This document shows positions 26,535-32,883 of a stretch of DNA of 32,883 nucleotides, in pieces; the stretch's first letter is position 1, and every line of letters starts with the position of its first letter. Source of the stretch: Candidatus Asgardarchaeum abyssi (GTDB lineage: Archaea; Asgardarchaeota; Asgardarchaeia; Asgardarchaeales; Asgardarchaeaceae); the NCBI GenBank assembly GCA_040225955.1, contig JBECUL010000023.1:1-32883 (forward strand), in the 5' to 3' direction. Made by a program: the position numbers and the translations under genes. The notes below the pieces were generated by a model. It had not been told where the DNA came from and did not search any database. It was given only the letters and a program-made list of their open reading frames with translations.

Positions 26535-28004
26535 TTATTTTTCTCTTAACATAGCAATCATTTTTCTATATTTTTTGGTAATTATTAATGACATTGCTAT
26601 AAAAAACGCAAACAGAACTAAAAGATCTTCTATTGACATAATTATATACAAGCAATATACGGTTATTGTAAGACCTATGAGGGATAAAAGAAACGAGTAG
26701 GAATATCTTAAAATCTTTAGCTCAGATATTTTATATCCTCTAAAGTCAATTAAAAGTAGTATTGACGTTACAATAAGCAGTAAAGAAATTCCTAAAGCCT
26801 CGTTAGATAACATAAAAAGAATCTGAAAAGAGGGATTTTTCTCTTTAAATAGTAATAGCTGAACTATGGAAACTATAAATGATACTATTGAAATCATAAA
26901 AACGTTAAAAATATAGAATGCACATGCTACTTCCTCGATATGCGTTTTTAATTCATTATTTGTAAAAATTGTATCTGCTTTCCAAAATGCAATACCGCAC
27001 CTTTTAACAGTATTAATTAGTCTACGATAATTTTTTCTAACTTTTAGCTCTTGAATGGCATCCTTAGCCGTTTTTCCAGCCAATAAAGCAAAAGAAAAGT
27101 ATATAGTAATACCTAGATATATAAAGGATAATACTGTATGGATTAATCCATAAATAGAATATCCAAAGAGACCAATTGGAAAGATAGGGAGCTCCAACAT
27201 GCCCAAATCAAAAGAACATACTAGAAAGTATTGTAGATTGTTAGAGGAATTATATATATTTACACCAACCCACAATTCTGTCTTAGAATAAGCCAATCCA
27301 ACAAATTTGACAACATCCAATTTCTTATTTGAAATAATAGAATCTGTGACATTTAATATTTGTATAAATGTACCCTTTGCAATATCAAATTTTTTAACTA
27401 CCCCATTACCATCAATTATCCAAGGGGCACCTTTAACTATATCCAAATCTATAAAATGATCTTTGTATTTTTCAGTGCTAAGTGTTAAATTATATATTAA
27501 ATTGAGTGTTGAATTAAGAAGGAATAAACCAGTAGTATTTTTTTGATAATCATTATAAACAAACCAGAAGTTGCCCTCATATATTGCCATTGCTGTAAAA
27601 AAATACGATTCGGATATATTTTCTAAGCTTATTATTTTTTCTGGAGTTTGAGTTCCATTAGGAATTATTATAATATACGAAAATGTACTTTGATTTTTCC
27701 ACAAAAAATAATATCGATCATTATAAAAAAAGACATCCTCTATTTCGCCATCATTTATATCGAAAGTTAAATTTCCAGTAATTTTTCCTTTCTCAGGGTT
27801 TATAAAGAAAATTAAGTTAGGATGGTAAGATAGAGTAACTAAGTTTTTTTGAGCCCAAGTAAGTTTTTTCCCAAAGAAATTATTAATTGTGATTCTCTGT
27901 GTAGGCCAAATTTTCGTAGACCCGGTTGCAATAGTTGGTGTTATTAACGAAAGTATTACTATGAATGACAGAAAGAGAGGAGAGAGCTTCTTAATATTCA
28001 ACAC
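26535..28004 (-). CDS. Membrane protein: signal peptide, extracellular beta-propeller-like domain, about 5 C-terminal TM helices
   Basis: Signal peptide; many NxS/T sequons; blade-like motifs (KKLTWA, TAMAIYEGNFW, DLDIVKGAPW, GLAYSKTELW); hydrophobic C-terminus. Confidence 0.65.
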   Translation of the reverse strand: MLNIKKLSPLFLSFIVILSLITPTIATGSTKIWPTQRITINNFFGKKLTWAQKNLVTLSYHPNLIFFINPEKGKITGNLTFDINDGEIEDVFFYNDRYYFLWKNQSTFSYIIIIPNGTQTPEKIISLENISESYFFTAMAIYEGNFWFVYNDYQKNTTGLFLLNSTLNLIYNLTLSTEKYKDHFIDLDIVKGAPWIIDGNGVVKKFDIAKGTFIQILNVTDSIISNKKLDVVKFVGLAYSKTELWVGVNIYNSSNNLQYFLVCSFDLGMLELPIFPIGLFGYSIYGLIHTVLSFIYLGITIYFSFALLAGKTAKDAIQELKVRKNYRRLINTVKRCGIAFWKADTIFTNNELKTHIEEVACAFYIFNVFMISIVSFIVSIVQLLLFKEKNPSFQILFMLSNEALGISLLLIVTSILLLIDFRGYKISELKILRYSYSFLLSLIGLTITVYCLYIIMSIEDLLVLFAFFIAMSLIITKKYRKMIAMLREK

Positions 28005-28022
28005 ACTCCTAGATGATATTTA

Positions 28023-28631
28023 TTAATCAGAGCTTAATTTTATAAGCTCTTTACGTATGTAAAACATGCGCTGAATAACAGAAATATTAGTAGCAATAGC
28101 AATTATTATGATTACCCAATTTACAGCTGATATTCCTAGAAAGTCCACGGGAAAATACTCTATTAAAAGAATTCCAATACAAATTAAAAGTATACGTTCT
28201 GGTCTTTCGATTAAACCTACCCCGCTCATTTTCAGATGCATTATTTCACCTTTAGCTCGAGCATAACTTGTTAAGAGACTGCCAATAAGTGCCAAAAGAC
28301 CCCAAATAGTATCGATTAGATTAGAATATATTAAGGCCGCGAATATAATAGCATCAGAATACCTATCCAGAACAGAATCCAAAACTTCACCAAATTTTGT
28401 AACTTGACCTCTTATTCTCGCAACTAACCCGTCTACCATATCAAAAAAACCAGAAACTAAAATAAATAATACACTTAGTAAAAAACTCGAATTAAGGATA
28501 AAATATGCAGCTATAAATGAAGATATCAGACCTAAAACAGACAGAATATTTGACGAAATAGGTAACTTTGCAAGAGCTCGTCCTATGGGATTCAACTTTC
28601 TTTCAAAAAATTTTTTCCATCGATTTAACAT
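28023..28631 (-). CDS. pgsA: CDP-alcohol phosphatidyltransferase (archaetidylinositol phosphate synthase-like)
   Basis: DMVDGLVAR...GEVLDSVLDRYSD signature, SYARAKGE, GLIERPER. Confidence 0.9.
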   Translation of the reverse strand: MLNRWKKFFERKLNPIGRALAKLPISSNILSVLGLISSFIAAYFILNSSFLLSVLFILVSGFFDMVDGLVARIRGQVTKFGEVLDSVLDRYSDAIIFAALIYSNLIDTIWGLLALIGSLLTSYARAKGEIMHLKMSGVGLIERPERILLICIGILLIEYFPVDFLGISAVNWVIIIIAIATNISVIQRMFYIRKELIKLSSD

Positions 28632-28655
28632 AATCCCACCTATATGAAATAAAAC

Positions 28656-28874
28656 TCACCTAAGTGCTTCCATGAGCTCACGATATTCAGAATTTATTTT
28701 AGTTTTAAATTCTAGAATTTTCTTAGAGGATAAGCGTATTGTTACTTCCTGTATAAGATCTTTTGCTTTATTCTCTAGTTGTGAAAATCGTAAAGCTAAG
28801 TCTCTCTTTCTTAAAATCTTACGATAAATGTCCTCATGAGATTTCAATTTATAATATTTTTGCACATTGTTCAT
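28656..28874 (-). CDS. Small hypothetical helical protein
   Basis: ATG 28874 with GGTG upstream; co-oriented 25 nt before pgsA. Confidence 0.5.
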   Translation of the reverse strand: MNNVQKYYKLKSHEDIYRKILRKRDLALRFSQLENKAKDLIQEVTIRLSSKKILEFKTKINSEYRELMEALR

Positions 28875-29099
28875 AGTGAACACCATTATTTTTAAAAAAT
28901 AATTTTGGAATATATATATTATCATGACTATATGACCATTATTTACTACTTAATTAAAAAATAGTATGAATAAAGTTAAACCAGCAAGTTTTATATTGGT
29001 TGGGTATGATATATAATAGATATATATGTTAATTAGTTTAAGTTTAGTTTAGAGAATTAAGAAACTAAATTTTAATCATACCCTATCTTAGATGGTAGG

Positions 29100-29777
29100 G
29101 TGAAATTAATGATAAATGCAGTTTATTTCATTAACGGAATTAGCGGCGTTACATTATTGTCAAGATTATATCGTAGGATAACAATAGATGAGCAGTTAAT
29201 TGGTGGTTTTCTGCAAGCGCTTTCTCAATTTATTAAGGAGCTTATAAAAGATGGAGAATCGGAAATCGAGGAGAGATTAAGAAAAGCTGACATTAGAGGT
29301 GTTGTTGAAACGGAAGTAAGGGAGATTCATCTTAGAGGTTACGATTTGATATATGAAATGAGACATCCAATAGTGGTTGTTGCACTTATAGATGAAAAAG
29401 ATGATGCATTGCAAGTTAGGTCTGCTTTAAAAGTTTTATTGGAAAGATTCATGGAGAATTATAGAAATACCATAGAGACGCCAATAATAGACAAATATCA
29501 AGAGTTTATCCCTATAGTTGACGAAGTTCTTAAAAATGGTAAAGTTGGCTTAATCTTTCCAGTAAAGAAAGGAAAAGCGTCGGAGAATATTTTAGCGAAG
29601 ATGGGATATATAACTGAGGATGAAAGCAAGGTTCTAAAACTCTGTAATGGGAAATTGACTGTTGATGAAATTGCTAAGGAGTTAAACATGGCTGTGAGAG
29701 ACGTATGGAAAATTTTTGAGAGTTTAAAGCGTAAAGGCTTACTTGAATTGAAACATTATGATGAGGTTGAGGTTTAA
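29100..29777 (+). CDS. Longin-like domain plus C-terminal winged-HTH protein
   Basis: AVYFINGISGVTLLSR...IDEQLIGGFLQALSQFIKEL (Asgard longin-type pattern); LCNGKLTVDEIAKELNM...FESLKRKGLL wHTH. Confidence 0.75.
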   Translation: MKLMINAVYFINGISGVTLLSRLYRRITIDEQLIGGFLQALSQFIKELIKDGESEIEERLRKADIRGVVETEVREIHLRGYDLIYEMRHPIVVVALIDEKDDALQVRSALKVLLERFMENYRNTIETPIIDKYQEFIPIVDEVLKNGKVGLIFPVKKGKASENILAKMGYITEDESKVLKLCNGKLTVDEIAKELNMAVRDVWKIFESLKRKGLLELKHYDEVEV

Positions 29778-29818
29778 ATACGAAGTATGTTAAATTAGGT
29801 TTATGTAGAGGGATTTTT

Positions 29819-30472
29819 ATGGCATATGGTGAGTATTCCGTAATGGAAACGCTAGCAATTGCACTTTGGGCGGGAGTTGTTAGTTACTATTGGGAGCTTT
29901 TTGGATATTATTTGCTTATAAAATGGTACAGAGATAGAAAAACGTATGAAATATCATTTGCGCTATTTTTCCTATTTATGGCCGTCGGACGTGTATTTTT
30001 TGTTATGTACGATTTTTATATAAGTGATATTTTCTGGTGGAGACTCGGTACATTTTTCCAGTGGCTTGGGCTAACAATAGTTGCTGTAACATTGACACTA
30101 TTTCTTTTCGAAAAAAATATTTTCAAATACACCTTTATCACACCACCTATAATCATTTCTTTCGCTATCTTAGCTACACCTTCGGATTCCATTAATGTAC
30201 TTAGAATGTACTTAGGGTTCATCTTTGCTCCAATTTACGCACTTTTGATTCCAGGGTTATTTTTCTATTTAGCATATAGACTACACGGAAGACTGCAAAT
30301 AGCTACATTTTTACAGGGACTTGGCTTTTTGGTATTATACATGGGACGTGTCTTACATGCAAGTGTCGTTAAAGAAATACTCTCACCAGCAATTTATTTA
30401 TTGGTTGCGCCAGCAATAGTAATTCTAGCGCTGCTATTCATAGTTATGGGCATACAAATGATACCAGAATAA
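29819..30472 (+). CDS. Seven-transmembrane-helix membrane protein
   Basis: Seven hydrophobic segments with short loops in 217 aa; no Lys in helix 7. Confidence 0.75.
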   Translation: MAYGEYSVMETLAIALWAGVVSYYWELFGYYLLIKWYRDRKTYEISFALFFLFMAVGRVFFVMYDFYISDIFWWRLGTFFQWLGLTIVAVTLTLFLFEKNIFKYTFITPPIIISFAILATPSDSINVLRMYLGFIFAPIYALLIPGLFFYLAYRLHGRLQIATFLQGLGFLVLYMGRVLHASVVKEILSPAIYLLVAPAIVILALLFIVMGIQMIPE

Positions 30473-30477
30473 TATTT

Positions 30478-31557
30478 TTATTCATCTTCATTTTCAAAAA
30501 GATACTTTCTCTTAAAAAATAATAACGTAGACCTTGCTGCCTCCCGCACCAAATCATCTTCGTCTTTTAATAAATTTATTAGATATGGTATAGCCTTCTT
30601 TATTCCAAGTTTTTTTATCGCATTGATTGTAGCCATTCTTACACTTATACTTGGATTATGTAATTGATTAATTAAAGTAGAGATTATTGTCGAATCTCCA
30701 ATTCTGGCGAGAACTTCGATAATGGTAGATTTTATTTCATCATCTTTTTCTTTTTCAAGAGCTTTAAGTAGGTATTTTACACTTTCCGAATCTTTAACCT
30801 TTCCTAGAGCAAGAACGCTCTCATAACGAACATTAACATCTTCATCAGACAAACCTTTAATGAAAATCTCTGTTGTATCCACAGATCCTATTTTTCCAAG
30901 AGCCCAAATGGCCGACGCCCTTATCTCTGGATTAGAATGCTCTGATAGCTTTATTAAAAAGCTTTTTGCACTTACCTCCTTTAAATTCCCTAAAGCCCAA
31001 ATAGCACCCTCTATGAATACTTCATCCTCACCTTTCTCCCGAATTAAGTTAAAAATCAATCGACTAGCTTTGCGGTCTCCTATACTCCCTAATGCTTCAG
31101 CAGCTAATCTTTTCACTTCTTTGTTACTATCTGATAGTAAATTAACAATATGTGGCACTGCTCTAACTTCTTTTAAATGTCCAAGGACTTCGCATGCTAG
31201 TCCTCTAACAAGAACATTTTTACTTTCTAGGAAAGGTAATATATCTGCATAACAACTACGGTCGGCCAAACTAATGATCGCATCATTAATTTTTTGAATT
31301 ATTTCATCATCTTTCTCAGTCTCTAATGCGAAAAATAAATATTTTAATGCTTTAGGGTTGCCAATGTTGACAAGACCCTTAATTGAATAATATCTAACAT
31401 CCGGGTTTTCATTCTTTAAGTTTTCTATAAAAATAGGAAATGCCCTCATATCACCTAATTCGGATAACGCCTCGATACCACACTGTTTTAACCATGGGCT
31501 TTTTGATTCAGCCCACTTATAAATCTCATCAAGAAAACTTTTTGACATAGGAGTCAC
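30478..31557 (-). CDS. HEAT/PBS-lyase repeat protein
   Basis: About 11 repeats of ~31 aa of the form VR..A..ALG.lG...A...L...L.D. Confidence 0.92.
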   Translation of the reverse strand: MTPMSKSFLDEIYKWAESKSPWLKQCGIEALSELGDMRAFPIFIENLKNENPDVRYYSIKGLVNIGNPKALKYLFFALETEKDDEIIQKINDAIISLADRSCYADILPFLESKNVLVRGLACEVLGHLKEVRAVPHIVNLLSDSNKEVKRLAAEALGSIGDRKASRLIFNLIREKGEDEVFIEGAIWALGNLKEVSAKSFLIKLSEHSNPEIRASAIWALGKIGSVDTTEIFIKGLSDEDVNVRYESVLALGKVKDSESVKYLLKALEKEKDDEIKSTIIEVLARIGDSTIISTLINQLHNPSISVRMATINAIKKLGIKKAIPYLINLLKDEDDLVREAARSTLLFFKRKYLFENEDE

Positions 31558-31868
31558 TCACACAGTGGTATTGGTATGACACTTACAAAATTCAAAAATT
31601 GTTTTTGATTTAATTTTTTCTGCTTTTAAAAGATTTTCGTACATTTGCTTTGTTGACCAAAACAATGTTATATTGAAGTTGTGAATTGGATTTTAGAGCA
31701 ATATTATGATATCGTATATAACACATTTATCAGCGATATTATTATAACATTACGCAACCATTCATTGAATTGTTCAACAAAGCACGTACATTGAGAATAA
31801 AGTATCATTGCAATGAAAATAATTGCATTCGTATTCCAACATTCATAATAATGAAAAATATTTATTAC

Positions 31869-32672
31869 TTACGGTAACTCTTTTTCTTTCATTCTTTCTA
31901 TTCTTCTAATTCTTTTCTGGACATCTTGTGGTAATGAGATGTCCTCCTCACGAAGCCAGGTTGGCCTAACTAAACGCATACCTACGCCATCTATTATAAC
32001 AATTTCCCACATGTTTAAACTATGGTCAGTCTGCCTACATTTTTCGACTAACAGATATCTTTTTAGAACTCCTTTCTTGACAGATCTTCTAAACCTAATT
32101 ATTGCGTCTGCAATGTGTTCTATACCGAATCCAAATGCTGCAGATGTTGTTATTGCATACTGAGATGTTGCGACAGTAGTAAACTTCCAACTATACACAA
32201 TCTTCTTGAGGATGTAACTCTGAGCTCTTGCAGTAGCTGGAGCAGATAGCCAAAATGCGCTCATAGAGTCTATTACAAGTCTAGCATGTTCATATCCCAA
32301 TTCCTTCTTAGCTTCTATTATTTTATTCTTTAAATCATCTATATCCAAAGATTTAAGACTCCATCTATCTTGTGGTTTCATAAGTGCGTCAATAATGATT
32401 AATTTTTTTTCTTCCATGTATTTTTCAAAATCAAATTTAAATTGCTTAGCTTGTCTAATGATGGATTCTCGACTTTCTTCTGTTGTAACATAAACACCAG
32501 CTTGGCCTTCCTTTAACCCTTGACCAATAAAATGAAGACTAAATATAGTCTTTCCCGTTCCAGGTTCACCAACCGCTGCCACTAGAAAGCCTCTAGGGAT
32601 TCCCCCTTGAAGTATTTTATCTAATTCTGGAATTCCTGTTTTTAAACGCTCAATCTCAGACATTAATCTCAA
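31869..32672 (-). CDS. Single-domain KaiC/RecA-superfamily ATPase (crenarchaeal PAE1156-like)
   Basis: TGIPELDKILQGGIP, GEPGTGKT, VYVTTEES, RLVIDSMSAFW, SQYAITTS.AFGFGIEH, VEKCRQT. Confidence 0.92.
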   Translation of the reverse strand: MRLMSEIERLKTGIPELDKILQGGIPRGFLVAAVGEPGTGKTIFSLHFIGQGLKEGQAGVYVTTEESRESIIRQAKQFKFDFEKYMEEKKLIIIDALMKPQDRWSLKSLDIDDLKNKIIEAKKELGYEHARLVIDSMSAFWLSAPATARAQSYILKKIVYSWKFTTVATSQYAITTSAAFGFGIEHIADAIIRFRRSVKKGVLKRYLLVEKCRQTDHSLNMWEIVIIDGVGMRLVRPTWLREEDISLPQDVQKRIRRIERMKEKELP

Positions 32673-32829
32673 CCTTTAGCCTTTTGATATATTTTCCTTA
32701 ACTTAATTTATCTCTCTTCTAATATAATTAATAATACTCCTTTTCATTTTAATTTTAGCAAAAGAATAAATAATTATTTTATTTCTTATTCATGAAGAAA
32801 TTGGAAATAGTCTGATATGAAAAACTTAT

Positions 32830-32883
32830 AACTTCGTCGCTCGTTTTCTAATATTTAAAGAGGGTGCGTGTGGCCGCCGGCTT
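32830..32883 (+). mobile_element. Probable left end of the same IS type: terminal inverted repeat AACTTCGTCGCTC followed by a TATA-like element and GC-rich sequence
   Basis: 32830-32842 is the reverse complement of 100-112. The sequence inward of the repeat differs from the left copy, so these are the two different ends. GC rises abruptly at the contig edge. Confidence 0.6.

Noticed and set aside
29819-30472. Microbial rhodopsin
   Set aside because: It has seven helices but no Schiff-base lysine or DxxxK/SxxxK motif in helix 7.
31558-31692. In-frame TGA immediately before the HEAT gene start, with an open frame of 44 codons upstream (selenocysteine/readthrough or uORF)
   Set aside because: The upstream peptide is not HEAT-like, GTGA is the usual RBS motif in this genome, no SECIS-like hairpin was seen, and Sec in a HEAT protein has no rationale.
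113-32829. Composite transposon or provirus spanning the window
   Set aside because: The cargo is core housekeeping (argS, topA, pgsA, mrp) with no integrase, capsid or replication genes. Assembly breaks at IS copies explain the ends more simply.

Overview
AT-rich, gene-dense archaeal chromosomal contig. It is most consistent with an Asgard-type, probably thermophilic, archaeon, based on a longin-wHTH protein, a Top3beta-like topoisomerase tail, crenarchaeal-type ArgRS and KaiC-family proteins, and a CDP-alcohol phosphatidyltransferase. It carries about 30 genes, mostly housekeeping: a beta-CASP nuclease, type IA topoisomerase, 2-hydroxyacid dehydrogenase, two MacB/LolD-type ABC pairs, UDG and MPG glycosylases, a ChlI-like AAA+/VWA pair, argS, a CARF-wHTH plus RHH regulator pair, CBS, Mrp/NBP35, HEAT and KaiC proteins. 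The ORF track misses three things. (1) A GC-rich intergenic RNA at about 18780-18920 (minus strand) reads as a two-hairpin box H/ACA guide RNA: hairpin with K-turn, ANANNA hinge, hairpin with K-loop, then ACA. This combines a eukaryote-like layout with archaeal L7Ae sites. (2) Both window ends carry the same 13-bp inverted repeat, so the contig appears to be bounded by the two different ends of one IS type. (3) The leftmost gene is a frameshifted pseudogene that is probably IS-truncated. Also notable are a 542-aa Tyr/Gln/Pro low-complexity protein, a Rad51-like paralog lacking Walker A, an aCPSF1-like paralog with a degenerate KH domain, and a possible +1 frameshift joining the chlI-like and VWA ORFs. 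All family assignments come from motif recognition by eye; no database searches were run.
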